DNA of 56,244 nt from a virus (lineage: Duplodnaviria > Caudoviricetes): positions 1 through 56,244 of the IMG/VR virus record IMGVR_UViG_3300044527_000109. One strand, given 5' to 3'. Position numbers and translations under genes: made by a program. Shown here in pieces: positions 1-9,972 of this stretch. Under the pieces are notes generated by a model. That model was given only the letters and a program-made list of their open reading frames with translations, was not told the DNA's origin and searched no databases. How positions within the stretch are numbered: position 1 is the first letter of the stretch; each line of letters begins with the position of its first letter.

Positions 1-73
1 CTGTGCCGGTGGGCGCATTAGTTGTTTTAGGCTGATTTGCGCCTATAGTGCTGAATCCTACATATTGTGACAT
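1..73 (-). CDS. N-terminal fragment of a probable baseplate wedge subunit (gp25-like), running off the window edge
   Basis: ATG at 73-71 gives MSQYVGFSTIGANQPKTTNAPTGT, open to the edge. The YxGFST start and the position after the gp5-like gene are typical of gp25-like proteins. A CTAAATA motif lies 5 nt upstream. Not in the ORF track. Confidence 0.55.
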   Translation of the reverse strand, partial: MSQYVGFSTIGANQPKTTNAPTGT

Positions 74-90
74 ATTAGTATTTAGTTACT

Positions 91-3000
91 TTATGTGGCT
101 GCCCCTATACCAGTAGCACTATCTCCATCTGCTACGTTAGGAGTTGTAGATGATGCTATAGCAGATGCTATAGCAGGATATTGGTTAGGTAAATCGTCAA
201 TTTGTGCTATTATTGTTTCCCATTCTTCGATGGCAGCGTAATACTCATCTCTTGCTTCATCTATCGCAGGGTCGCCAGCCGGATAGTTAAACTGCGTAGT
301 TAGGTATGCATCTAGTTTCGCTTCAATGTTTGCTTCAGCCGCTGATCTTTCTTTTGTCAATATATCTGATTCAGCGATATAATCTCTTCCCTGTTGTTCG
401 ATATCATCGATAGTGCCTTCTGCGGCTTCATCGATTTCACCGAATGTAGGTGTCGGTATTCCAGGATCACCCAATTGACTTGTTACAGCCTCTGTTATAG
501 TGCTTCTATCCGTAGTGTTAAATCCAACACTAGGTATCTTTATTCCCGACCCAGGACTTGCTAATGAAGACATTGCGCTTTGCAACTCGCTGGCGGCGCC
601 TGCAGGTAGACCAGCAGATAATAGACCCTTTAGTCCATCTCCTGAACTTGTTGCTTTGCTTAATAAGTCTGATGCATCTTTTGTGAGATTATCTACCCCA
701 GTCAATGCTTTGTTAAACGATCCTGTTATAGCATCCTTCAATGTTCCAGTACCCGGTAAACTTGGTAATGCCCCAGCGGCTAGATTAGTCACAGCAGAAG
801 CCATTCCTTGTCCACCAGGCAGTTTAGACAAACCACTTGCTACTGAGGAGTTGACTGTTGATATCAATCCTGATTTAATATTACTTGCTGTCTGTGCTAA
901 ACCTTGTGCCGATGTCAAAGAAGATGATAATGATGACGGGCTAGCAAATGCAGTGGCTACTGTAGTTGCAGTTTTTGACACAGCCGATAACTTACCAGTG
1001 ACTGATGCTAAAGCGTTGTTGCCAGTTACCGAACCTAAAATAGTGCTGGCTTTCACTAAACTGTCAGCAACACTACCTGCATTGGGCAATATAGATTTTG
1101 CTTGATTTAACAGACCTCCGGCTGCGCCGCCTACCGCATCAACTAGTCCGCCTTGACCTAAAATAGAAGTACCTGTTTGTGATGCTATCTCATTGATGCT
1201 TGATTCTGAGGCAGCCATAGTACCTTCGGCCGATTTTTTAGCAATCTCAGTAAGATTCTGCGGCACACCTGCTTCTAATGGCTTGAATGAGGCTTTGATT
1301 GCGCTGAATGCAGATGCGGCTACACCTTTGGCTTGATCAATTACAGCATCAAGGCTGGGTGACTTGATGAGTGCATCTACTGAGTTCTGTATTCCACTTA
1401 AAGCCCCATCTAAGCCGTCGCCTATACCTGATGCAAAATTACCAGACGCAATATCTTTGATTACTCCATCTACTTCTCCGGTAACTCCGGCAATGGCTGC
1501 TCCTGGATTGCCTAATGATTTGACTGCATCTAATGTAGAGTTTAATCCGTTTTTAGTTGTGGCAAGAACCATGCCACCTATCTGGCTAGCGGTCTCGGCA
1601 CCGCTTATAGCACCTGCTGATTGCAATGATGTTTGAGCCTGCTGTAATGTCTTACTCAATGACGCACCTTGTGCAGGAACGCTTGATATCAATTGTGGCA
1701 ATGACTGCGCACCTTCTTGACCAGTAAACAAATTCTGTGTCAATGATTTAGAAACATTTCCAGTAGACTGAGCCAATGAATTAACTAATGCCGCGCTTCC
1801 GGGCTTGATAGTTCCCGCTTGCTCAAGTTGAGTTGCTGTCAATGCATATTTACCAACAGCAGCCTGAACACCTTGTGCTGTTTGTCCTATCGCGGTACCT
1901 TGTGTTACTGCACTTGCCAACGGTCCTACAGATGCTTGCTGTGCTACCGATCCTGCTATGGCACTTGTGACATCAGAGTTTAGAGCCTTAGTAGCAGCCG
2001 GTATGCTAGGCACTGATGCTGCCGTAGCCGCGCTTACTGGGTTGTCTAAGGCTGCCGCCGCTGCCTGATTTGTGTTTTGTATGCTAGCAGGAGGTGCTGC
2101 CGGTAAATTGCCATCAGCAGTCACATCTGTTTTAACGTCTACACCTTGACCTGCATTAGACCACGGTGCGTGTGCTGGAGCGCGACTAGTGATGCTTACT
2201 AATTTACCCGGTGCTGCCAAGAATCCTTTTTGCTGATCGAACAATGTGTCTGTATGTAATATCTTATCGATAGCAGGAACTTCTTGTGGCTTAGTACCTG
2301 TCTGACCCGAATTAAGATTAACTTTACTTCCATTTACATAAGCGATAGCACTACTTGCCATGCTAATATCACCACCGCTTTCCATGCTCATAGCACCAGC
2401 AACTTTCGTCAAATGTTTACCTTGAGTAAACACACCATAATCTGTTCCAACTCGACCTTTGAATTCTTTTTCACTATTGAATTGTATATTCTCACCTTGT
2501 AGATTTAGATTCTTAGTGGCATGTATGTTTACGTTGTTGTCTGCGTGTAAGTTTAAGTCACCTTGTGTGCGCAAGTTGATACTATTAGTAGAATAGATAT
2601 CTACTGTGCCCTCTTTACCTAATTCAATATAACTTTGACCATTACTATGAAGTATCATCAATACTTGACCATCATCACTCATCAATATCTGATGACCTAA
2701 CGATGTACGTATTCTTACCAATTGATCACGTCCAATGATATCACCGTCATCCATGACGATGCTGTGACCACCTCTACGTGCTACTACTCGTAATTGAGCA
2801 GCCTTATCACCTTTTAAGTTGTCTGCAATGGTCTTATCATCAAATCCACCTTCATAGATAGGTCTGCCTGGTGTACTTATGCCCCACCCAACTCTTGAAG
2901 GAGTCTCGCGTTGTGAACTTGAACCGATAGGTCCTCGTACTGGATCACGTAATATCCCCTGCTGAAACATGATCGCGGATGTATAACTGTGTATAGGCTT

Positions 3001-3546
3001 AGGTGCGGTCAAGTATTCACTACTGTCTGCTACACCTTTGTTATTTGTATTGATGTTGGTGACCGGTAATCTTAAAGCACCACCGTAACTTTGCGCTTCA
3101 CCTTCGTTTGGTATGATATTATCTGTAGCGCCTATAGCGGGAACCATTTGCAATGCTTCTGGTTCTGGTACACAACCTATGTAATAACCATAGTTCATGT
3201 CACCATCTACGAACACACATAATACAGTAGTGCCTATGTCAGGTGGACTCATCCACATACCATAACTGCTTGGATTAGTCTTATATGTACCTAAATCATC
3301 ATTGCTAGCATCGGGTCTTGTGAAACCAAAGAAAGGACTTAAGAATCTTACCGGTCTCCAGTTGTCTTTATTTTCAGGATCTAAGCCGCTGTTGTCAGTA
3401 ATATATACCATTATCTGACCCATGCGTTTAGGGTCAACATTATCTTTGACTATTGCTAATACAGGCGTCAGACGTGGATTGGCGCCGCCCGAATCAGGGC
3501 TACTGCGCTTTAGCGAGCCTTTCGGCTTGATTATGTCTTCTGCCAT
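91..3546 (-). CDS. gp5: Baseplate central spike, gp5/VgrG-like, with a long Ala/Ser-rich C-terminal extension
   Basis: N-terminal OB-fold motifs (VKDNVDPKRMGQIMV, SYGMWMSPPDIGTTVLCVF) are followed by beta-helix repeats (RGGHSIVMDD, RTSLGHQILMSDD, INLRTQGDLNLHADNNVNI). SD GAGGA upstream; baseplate context. Confidence 0.8.
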   Translation of the reverse strand: MAEDIIKPKGSLKRSSPDSGGANPRLTPVLAIVKDNVDPKRMGQIMVYITDNSGLDPENKDNWRPVRFLSPFFGFTRPDASNDDLGTYKTNPSSYGMWMSPPDIGTTVLCVFVDGDMNYGYYIGCVPEPEALQMVPAIGATDNIIPNEGEAQSYGGALRLPVTNINTNNKGVADSSEYLTAPKPIHSYTSAIMFQQGILRDPVRGPIGSSSQRETPSRVGWGISTPGRPIYEGGFDDKTIADNLKGDKAAQLRVVARRGGHSIVMDDGDIIGRDQLVRIRTSLGHQILMSDDGQVLMILHSNGQSYIELGKEGTVDIYSTNSINLRTQGDLNLHADNNVNIHATKNLNLQGENIQFNSEKEFKGRVGTDYGVFTQGKHLTKVAGAMSMESGGDISMASSAIAYVNGSKVNLNSGQTGTKPQEVPAIDKILHTDTLFDQQKGFLAAPGKLVSITSRAPAHAPWSNAGQGVDVKTDVTADGNLPAAPPASIQNTNQAAAAALDNPVSAATAASVPSIPAATKALNSDVTSAIAGSVAQQASVGPLASAVTQGTAIGQTAQGVQAAVGKYALTATQLEQAGTIKPGSAALVNSLAQSTGNVSKSLTQNLFTGQEGAQSLPQLISSVPAQGASLSKTLQQAQTSLQSAGAISGAETASQIGGMVLATTKNGLNSTLDAVKSLGNPGAAIAGVTGEVDGVIKDIASGNFASGIGDGLDGALSGIQNSVDALIKSPSLDAVIDQAKGVAASAFSAIKASFKPLEAGVPQNLTEIAKKSAEGTMAASESSINEIASQTGTSILGQGGLVDAVGGAAGGLLNQAKSILPNAGSVADSLVKASTILGSVTGNNALASVTGKLSAVSKTATTVATAFASPSSLSSSLTSAQGLAQTASNIKSGLISTVNSSVASGLSKLPGGQGMASAVTNLAAGALPSLPGTGTLKDAITGSFNKALTGVDNLTKDASDLLSKATSSGDGLKGLLSAGLPAGAASELQSAMSSLASPGSGIKIPSVGFNTTDRSTITEAVTSQLGDPGIPTPTFGEIDEAAEGTIDDIEQQGRDYIAESDILTKERSAAEANIEAKLDAYLTTQFNYPAGDPAIDEARDEYYAAIEEWETIIAQIDDLPNQYPAIASAIASSTTPNVADGDSATGIGAAT

Positions 3547-3559
3547 GTATTAGTCCTCT

Positions 3560-5923
3560 CTAGTCTCTAGGGTTTAATGGTTCTAGTGGTTCTGTTTCTA
3601 GATTTTCTAGTGCATCCGGGTCAGAATTTGATTCGCCGCCAACTGGATCTGCTGTTTGTGAACCTGCAGGAGATTCGGCACCTGCATCGAACGCAGTACC
3701 TATCAATGATAATGTTTGACTGAATGTTCCGCTACTGAACACACTCTTGACTTCAGTAACTTCCCATATCACTGCACCTTGTGCCATATCTTTTATATAC
3801 TGAGGATAATTTAAAAAGAAAATATTATCATTGATTTCCATCAATCCAGTACTATTTTTGTAATCAACTGCTTCTTTGAATGCTACCTCTATGAATACTT
3901 GTCCGCCTTGTGCGCTTATGCTATAGCCGTCTGTACCATAAAATTTATTATAAAAATCTGTTAGTGAAGTAGCAGAATCACGCATTAAATAATCAGGATC
4001 ACCTAATATCTTTATAGTACCTTTGCTCCATGTTTCTTCATCTTGCAATGATGTGCCCAATTGATTCTGTGCTTCTAGTCCAACACCTAATGCGCCGGTT
4101 CTATCACCATTCGATCTAAGTCCAGGTGTTACACTAGTACCGCCGGCTGTCGCACTACCTGCACTGTTATCTTTTGTTCCCGGTGGTGGGGGATCAGCCC
4201 TCTGACCTTTATTGTTTGCGGTCGCTTGAGTATTACCTGTAGCAGAACCCGAACCCTGCGCCGCTTGAGTATCTTGTCCAGGACGTTCCGCGCCCGGATT
4301 GCTGGTAGCACCTACAGGTTTGAAATCTTTTTTAGGTACACCTAATACTGTATTAAAGAATACGTTATTGAATGTCAAACTATAATCTAATATCTCGCTG
4401 TTTTGACCAGTGAAATAATAATCATAACGTTTGTGAGGGCCATAATATCTTGACTTATCCGGAGCGAATGGAGTCATCACGCTAGGTACATCATATACTG
4501 TTATTACAAACACTTGTTCATAAGCCCAATCTTGTAATTTAGGATCCCAAGTAACACTTACAATATCTAAGTTCACAGCAAAGTATGCCAGTGGTACTGG
4601 ATTATCTCTGACTACTTGAGGATTGTTCTTTTGATCTGGGTCCGGTTGTTTTGCATTGGTATAGACAGAATTCATAGACTGCTCAATATAAGAACTTTTC
4701 TTTACTATCTGTTCTATTGCTGAGATAATGCTAGTGTCATTATTAAAATTAAACATTCTCTCGTTTGGATCAGGTGGTTTAGTTCCTTGACTATCATTCG
4801 ATTCTGTCGTAGTTTTTGCACCTGAACCGGGCCATCTAGATTTATCAAGATCAGACTTAGTTACGATTGACGCTTTACCTATTCTTTGAAATGCATCACC
4901 TAGATATTCTACTCTATAGACATTAGGAAATGTAGCATCAGCCGGATCTTTGTTTACCTTGTCTTGTTCCATCTTGTTTAATTTAGTAAACAAGCCTTCA
5001 GGTCCTTGAAGTGCATCATCTACAGTAGCACCTTGAATCTTGAGACCAGTTGCCATTCTGCCGCGTTTCACACCCAACAGTGCTTGTGCATTCATCCCGT
5101 GTGCTTCAACTGTATAAACAACACTTTTGCCATCTAATTTGAAAGTGATATTAGTGATACCTATATCGTAAAAATTTTCAAATAATGCGTCTGTGCCGGC
5201 TGGATCTATGGGGCTTCCGTATAATTCATCTTGCGGCATTATAAGATTACCATTGATGTCGTAACCGTAAAATCTTAATCCTAATATAAAAATCTGTTTG
5301 AAATCATTACTTAGATTTTTATAACTTGTACTATCAGAATATTGCTTTAACGCATCTGTTGCTTTTTTCAAGTTTGTTAGAAAACTAAATCCATATGGCT
5401 CAGTGATCTGAAATCTAACTTCTGTTACTGCGCTGGTCGCGCTGCCAATCGCTTTAGTTCCTATTGTTGTTAAGAAGTCTAGATTATCAATATAATAATC
5501 TAACTCAAAACCAGGCGCTCTTCTTTGTGTAGTATTATTGATACCACCCGATTGTGCTATCAAATATGCACCGGGACCCACACTTGATGTTTCTGTTGGC
5601 GGACCAGCAAATGATAATGCATCTATTTTTTGTCTACCATTATTGACGAACGCTTCATATGCGTCTGGTGTTATAACGTATAGTGACAAGTTATATGTGT
5701 AACTAGCAAGTTTAGACAATGGATTATATAATCTTTTACCAGGACGACCTGTGCCGCCTAATCCACTTGGTCCAGGACTTGCTACTGTGCCGGTGGCTCT
5801 TCCAGTACTTGATATAGTAGTTGCTACACCACTACCTCTCGCTATCACATTTTGTGGTTGATTTAGATAGGTTTTAGCGAGATTATTAAGATCATCGTCA
5901 ACCTGATTTACATTAGATGCCAT
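3560..5923 (-). CDS. Baseplate hub protein (gp27/gpD-like)
   Basis: 787-aa ORF directly upstream of the spike gene. NPLSKLASYTYNLSLY near the start, IKILGDP and VTEVKSVFSSGTFSQTL near the end, as in contractile-tail hub proteins. Confidence 0.6.
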   Translation of the reverse strand: MASNVNQVDDDLNNLAKTYLNQPQNVIARGSGVATTISSTGRATGTVASPGPSGLGGTGRPGKRLYNPLSKLASYTYNLSLYVITPDAYEAFVNNGRQKIDALSFAGPPTETSSVGPGAYLIAQSGGINNTTQRRAPGFELDYYIDNLDFLTTIGTKAIGSATSAVTEVRFQITEPYGFSFLTNLKKATDALKQYSDSTSYKNLSNDFKQIFILGLRFYGYDINGNLIMPQDELYGSPIDPAGTDALFENFYDIGITNITFKLDGKSVVYTVEAHGMNAQALLGVKRGRMATGLKIQGATVDDALQGPEGLFTKLNKMEQDKVNKDPADATFPNVYRVEYLGDAFQRIGKASIVTKSDLDKSRWPGSGAKTTTESNDSQGTKPPDPNERMFNFNNDTSIISAIEQIVKKSSYIEQSMNSVYTNAKQPDPDQKNNPQVVRDNPVPLAYFAVNLDIVSVTWDPKLQDWAYEQVFVITVYDVPSVMTPFAPDKSRYYGPHKRYDYYFTGQNSEILDYSLTFNNVFFNTVLGVPKKDFKPVGATSNPGAERPGQDTQAAQGSGSATGNTQATANNKGQRADPPPPGTKDNSAGSATAGGTSVTPGLRSNGDRTGALGVGLEAQNQLGTSLQDEETWSKGTIKILGDPDYLMRDSATSLTDFYNKFYGTDGYSISAQGGQVFIEVAFKEAVDYKNSTGLMEINDNIFFLNYPQYIKDMAQGAVIWEVTEVKSVFSSGTFSQTLSLIGTAFDAGAESPAGSQTADPVGGESNSDPDALENLETEPLEPLNPRD

Positions 5924-5926
5924 CTA

Positions 5927-6241
5927 TCAAATACCTAACGCCTGCTGTAGTGTTGTTAATTTAGGAACATAGAATTCTATGCCTGCTTTGAAATCAAAAT
6001 AAGGATCAAACCCTAATCTGTTTGGATTACGTGCGGCAAATACCCACCAAAGTCTGCTATCATTATACAAGTCATTTGCTAATAGATCAGGACGATATTC
6101 ATAGACAGCAGGCAAAGTATATAATACATCACTAGGTTGGCTAGGTATAGGTCTATTGACCATGAAGTCTAAAAACTTATTATTGAATACTCCTGTATTC
6201 TTATAAGGACTTGTTCTTGGATATAAACTATTTGTTGGCAT
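5927..6241 (-). CDS. Baseplate wedge protein, gp53/LysM-like
   Basis: The motif YEYRPDLLANDLYNDSRLWWVFAARNP is characteristic of gp53/tail-X LysM-like proteins; 1-nt overlap with the upstream stop. Confidence 0.75.
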   Translation of the reverse strand: MPTNSLYPRTSPYKNTGVFNNKFLDFMVNRPIPSQPSDVLYTLPAVYEYRPDLLANDLYNDSRLWWVFAARNPNRLGFDPYFDFKAGIEFYVPKLTTLQQALGI

Positions 6242-7872
6242 TACCAGAATCCTCCACCTGCACGTTTCACTCCTTGTAATAATGAACCGTTAGCATAGTC
6301 TTTCACGCTAAAGTTATTGCTGATTTCATATCTACTTACTATCGGTATCGCGCTTATATTAATATTAATCTTAGTAGGAACATACGTAGGTTCTACTGTA
6401 CCCGGTGGTACTGGGCTGTTGAAACGATTAGAACTACCAAAACTATATCCCTGAGACGTGCCACCTGGTTGCAATCGTAATCCTAATGCACTACCTACGC
6501 TAGCGATGCCTTGGCCCAATCTATCAGTAGCCATATTTTTCAACATAGAACCTATCGATGTATTTGTGGGTTTGGTTATATCTGCTGTCTGTGCCCTAGA
6601 TTGTCCGGCTTCTTCGGTCAATGATCCGGCTCTTATATAGTCTACATCATTGGGTAAACTATATGTGAAATTAGTTATGGCTAATGGATGGGCATTGAAT
6701 TGAAATTCACCTAATCCAAAAAGATAGCATAATGGGGGCGGTGTGCCTGGTTTAGGATCAAAATCTTGACCATAAAACATCTTAGTGACTGAGCGCAAGA
6801 AATGAATCACTGCCAATAGATATCTTGCTTCTTCTGTATCTTGTGCTGTGAAATCACATGTTATGCTTATTGTATCTACATAACTATTCTCATATTGAAA
6901 TATCTTGTAGTTGCTATGCACTGGTGCATTGGACTGATAGTTAGCACCATAAGTGACATTCACTGCGGGTGTGTAGGGGAAAATGATGCCATCAGTACCT
7001 CTTAATGGTGCTAATAGTTCGTTTGATTCATCCTTATAAAGATAATATGCTCCGGGACTTAAACTCAAGCGAACTCTCCAGTCTGCTTTTTGTTCAAAGT
7101 TTGTAGTATCTTGTAACGTTGCTTGGGCTCTAGTAGTATTCACCTCTCCCGGTAAACCTTGATTTGTATTGTCTACGGTCTGGTATACTTGACCTGTTTC
7201 TGGGTTTACAGCGAATCCTTGCACAACAGTTCCGTCGTCTCCTAATAGGGGAATACCTGCTTGAGCACCTACGGAAGCGGGGTCAGGGCTGTTTTGACCT
7301 TGATTCTGATTAGGTTGTTGTTCTGCTTGCTTTTGAGGTTTAGGATTGAGTACATCGTTTAATAATGAAACCCCGCCGACGACTGCCACAGCAGTTGCTG
7401 CCGTTCTAAGTATGCCGCTAGATGAAGATTGTTGAGTAGTTGTTGATATAGGCTGCGGGGCAGTAACAACTGTAGGAGGAACCACTGGGTTGGCGGAGAG
7501 GCCGGTGGCAATCGAGGGTGTTCCGGCACTTAAAGAATTTTCTATTGTAGTAAATTCTTGTTTTACCCCATTTGCAACATTTATTATTGTCCCTAAAGTA
7601 ATCGTAGAAACTGTATAGCCCGGAGGCACAAAAGGTTTTAATGCCGCTGATAATTCAGGATCACTGTCTGCGGGAAGAGGGGTATCATACCCAAATGAAT
7701 TTGCTAACTCTTTTAAATTGTCTATCTCTACATCCAACGCTCCTATGCCACGATTCAGATTGTCTCTATCATTAACCGTAGTGGGAGGATTATTGATGTT
7801 GTATTCTTTATATGCTCCGGGCAATGCTGCCTGAACTTTTTGTTGCAACGTTAGCGTATTATAGTCTGCCAC
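6241..7872 (-). CDS. Baseplate/tail-tube junction protein (gp48/gp54-like) with a low-complexity N-terminal half
   Basis: GTG start. The C-terminal half has a tube-fold pattern (GIIFPYTPAV, ISITCDFTAQ, HFLRSVTK, GTPPPLCYL, ITNFTYSLPNDVDY, YVPTKINI). Confidence 0.6.
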   Translation of the reverse strand: MADYNTLTLQQKVQAALPGAYKEYNINNPPTTVNDRDNLNRGIGALDVEIDNLKELANSFGYDTPLPADSDPELSAALKPFVPPGYTVSTITLGTIINVANGVKQEFTTIENSLSAGTPSIATGLSANPVVPPTVVTAPQPISTTTQQSSSSGILRTAATAVAVVGGVSLLNDVLNPKPQKQAEQQPNQNQGQNSPDPASVGAQAGIPLLGDDGTVVQGFAVNPETGQVYQTVDNTNQGLPGEVNTTRAQATLQDTTNFEQKADWRVRLSLSPGAYYLYKDESNELLAPLRGTDGIIFPYTPAVNVTYGANYQSNAPVHSNYKIFQYENSYVDTISITCDFTAQDTEEARYLLAVIHFLRSVTKMFYGQDFDPKPGTPPPLCYLFGLGEFQFNAHPLAITNFTYSLPNDVDYIRAGSLTEEAGQSRAQTADITKPTNTSIGSMLKNMATDRLGQGIASVGSALGLRLQPGGTSQGYSFGSSNRFNSPVPPGTVEPTYVPTKININISAIPIVSRYEISNNFSVKDYANGSLLQGVKRAGGGFW

Positions 7873-7896
7873 TTTGATTTAGCCCCTCTATAGACA

Positions 7897-7925
7897 GATA
7901 AATAGACTGTCTGCATATATTTATC
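7897..7925. promoter_or_regulatory. Face-to-face pair of late-promoter motifs (GATAAATA on both strands)
   Basis: GATAAATA at 7897-7904 (+) and TATTTATC at 7918-7925 (-) resemble the T4 late promoter TATAAATA; they lie in the divergent region between the baseplate genes and gp55. Confidence 0.6.
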
Positions 7926-7958
7926 GCCACAAAAATCACCAAATTTTACCCTCTTCTG

Positions 7959-7987
7959 TTGCTTTTGCGCAACAGATAGTGTATTAT
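7959..7987 (+). promoter_or_regulatory. Sigma70-type promoter of gp55, with an inverted repeat over the -35 element
   Basis: TTGCTT(7959-7964)-N17-TATTAT(7982-7987); inverted repeat TCTGTTGC(7955-7962)/GCAACAGA(7969-7976); SD GAGGA before the ATG at 8015. Confidence 0.6.
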
Positions 7988-8014
7988 TCTTACAACATTA
8001 TAAGAGAGGATTAG

Positions 8015-8911
8015 ATGTCTATAGCAAAAAAGCCCGTTAATTACCTTAACAATAAAGATATTTTAAAAGAGATACACGCAAGCAAGAATAGTTATTGCAG
8101 TTTCGCACGCCAAGAGTATCATCAATATGATCTGATTATCGATACCCCGGCAGATCCGTTAGAAAAAAGCCTAGCACAAATATCAAAACCAAAAAACATC
8201 AAGGCTGCTAAAGAAATCAGAGCCGCACGAATTTTGGCTACGACCGGTGAGGAAGTCAAACTTAAAGACATACCTACTACTGACTTAGTATTTCGTGTAA
8301 TGACATGGGAGCATATACCCATGAACCCAAAACAACCCCGAAAAGTCGTAGTCAAAAAGACGGCTAAGGATATATTAGAATTTGATGACGTAGATGAAGA
8401 TAGTTTATTTGAAGATTTAGAAATCGAAAGCACCAAAGATGAAGTTGATGACATGGTTCATGTCAAAGTGAATTTTCCCCCTTTCCAGCATTATAAGATT
8501 GATGAAATCGGTAGCGCAGTATGCGTAGGAAAAAGTCACTGGACAGGTGGTGTCAAGACCGGAGAATTCAGCAAAGATCACGGTCAGATCACAAACAAAC
8601 TAGCACGTATGTATATCATGCTTTGTGAAAAGTATGCTATGAAGTTCAATTGGCGTGGCTACACATACAACGATGAGATGCGCAACAGTGCCATTCTACA
8701 ATTAACATATGTTGGCTTGCGATTCAATGAAGCAAAGAGTGCTAACCCGTTCGCATATTACACAGCCGCTATCACTAATAGTTTTTGCCGTGTATTGAAT
8801 ACCGAAAAGCGTAATCAAAATATTCGTGATGACATTCTTGAGATGAATGGGTTGAACCCAAGTTATTCTAGACAAATGTCCGGCATGAAACTAGATAGTT
8901 ACGAAGAGTAA
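8015..8911 (+). CDS. gp55: Late-transcription sigma factor (T4 gp55-like)
   Basis: Motifs NYLNNKDILKEI, KFNWRGYTYNDEM, FNEAKSANPFAYYT and NSFCRVLNTEKRNQNIRD; lies upstream of gp47/gp46 as in T4-like phages. Confidence 0.85.
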   Translation: MSIAKKPVNYLNNKDILKEIHASKNSYCSFARQEYHQYDLIIDTPADPLEKSLAQISKPKNIKAAKEIRAARILATTGEEVKLKDIPTTDLVFRVMTWEHIPMNPKQPRKVVVKKTAKDILEFDDVDEDSLFEDLEIESTKDEVDDMVHVKVNFPPFQHYKIDEIGSAVCVGKSHWTGGVKTGEFSKDHGQITNKLARMYIMLCEKYAMKFNWRGYTYNDEMRNSAILQLTYVGLRFNEAKSANPFAYYTAAITNSFCRVLNTEKRNQNIRDDILEMNGLNPSYSRQMSGMKLDSYEE

Positions 8912-8920
8912 CCATAAAAC

Positions 8921-8949
8921 TTGAACAAATACAAAGAGTTATATAAAAT
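8921..8949 (+). promoter_or_regulatory. Sigma70-type promoter of the gp47 operon
   Basis: TTGAAC(8921-8926)-N17-TAAAAT(8944-8949); the expected +1 falls at or next to the ATG at 8956. Confidence 0.55.
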
Positions 8950-8955
8950 ATCTTG

Positions 8956-9972
8956 ATGTCTAATTTATTTAAAAAGGCAGCATGTTTTACTGATATACAT
9001 TTTGGTCTTAAGAGCAACAGTCTTGAACATAATCAAGACTGTTCGGACTTTGTCGATTGGTTTATACAGACTGCAAAACAAGAGGGTTGCGAGACTTGCA
9101 TTTTCTTAGGTGATTACAATCACCATCGCGCAAGCATTAATATACATACCATGCAATATGGATTAAGAGCCTTAGAGAGGCTCAATGATGCATTTGATCG
9201 TGTGTATTTTATTCCGGGCAATCACGATCTTTATTATCGTGACCGCAGAGATATTCACAGCGTAGAGTGGGCCAGACATTTACCCAACGTCACAATCGTA
9301 AATGATTGGTTTAGTGAAGGTGATGTTGTTATCGCGCCTTGGCTAGTGGGTGATGATTACAAGAAGTTGGCAAAACTCAGAGGTAAGTATTTGTTCAGCC
9401 ATCTTGAGTTACCGCACTTCTATATGAACGCTATGGTCGAGATGCCAGACGTAGGTGAAGTCAACGATACACATGTTCAACAATTTGAAACTGTGTTTAG
9501 CGGCCACTTTCATAAGCGCCAGGCACGTAAAAACATTTGGTATATAGGAAATGCTTTCCCACATAACTATGCTGATGCAGGTGATGATCAGCGTGGTATG
9601 ATGATACTTGAATGGGGCCAAGACCCAATATTCAAAGCATGGCCTAAACAACCTGTTTTCCGTGTGTATAAGTTAAGCGAGATACTTGACAATCCTCAAG
9701 GACTATTATTACCTCGTAGCAATGTCAGAGTACACTTAGATATCGATATCAGTTATGAAGAAGCCAATTTCATCAAAGAAGAATTGATTCCTAAGCATCA
9801 ATTACGTGAAATGGCACTGATACCCATGAAGTTAGAACAACACCAACTTGATCTTGCTCCGGGTGAGATAAAGTTTGAAAGCGTAGATCAGATCATCATG
9901 GATCAGATTAGCAATATCGAAAGTCAGTTCTACGATCAAAAATTATTGCTAGACATTTATAGAAATCTATGA
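8956..9972 (+). CDS. gp47: Recombination endonuclease subunit (gp47, SbcD/Mre11 family)
   Basis: Metallophosphoesterase motifs TDIHFG, LGDYNH, PGNHD and SGHFH. ATG 8956 is preferred over the TTG at 8953. Confidence 0.92.
   Translation: MSNLFKKAACFTDIHFGLKSNSLEHNQDCSDFVDWFIQTAKQEGCETCIFLGDYNHHRASINIHTMQYGLRALERLNDAFDRVYFIPGNHDLYYRDRRDIHSVEWARHLPNVTIVNDWFSEGDVVIAPWLVGDDYKKLAKLRGKYLFSHLELPHFYMNAMVEMPDVGEVNDTHVQQFETVFSGHFHKRQARKNIWYIGNAFPHNYADAGDDQRGMMILEWGQDPIFKAWPKQPVFRVYKLSEILDNPQGLLLPRSNVRVHLDIDISYEEANFIKEELIPKHQLREMALIPMKLEQHQLDLAPGEIKFESVDQIIMDQISNIESQFYDQKLLLDIYRNL

Noticed and set aside
500-2502. Plus-strand ORFs inside the gp5-like gene (and similar antisense ORFs inside the tape measure, gp46, head and nrdA genes)
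   Set aside because: Fully nested shadows of well-supported genes, with no recognisable motifs.
3547-3562. Stop-codon reassignment or TAG read-through fusing the hub and spike genes
   Set aside because: Core genes are full length in the standard code and all three stops are used. The gap is 13 nt (out of frame) and the spike gene has its own SD.
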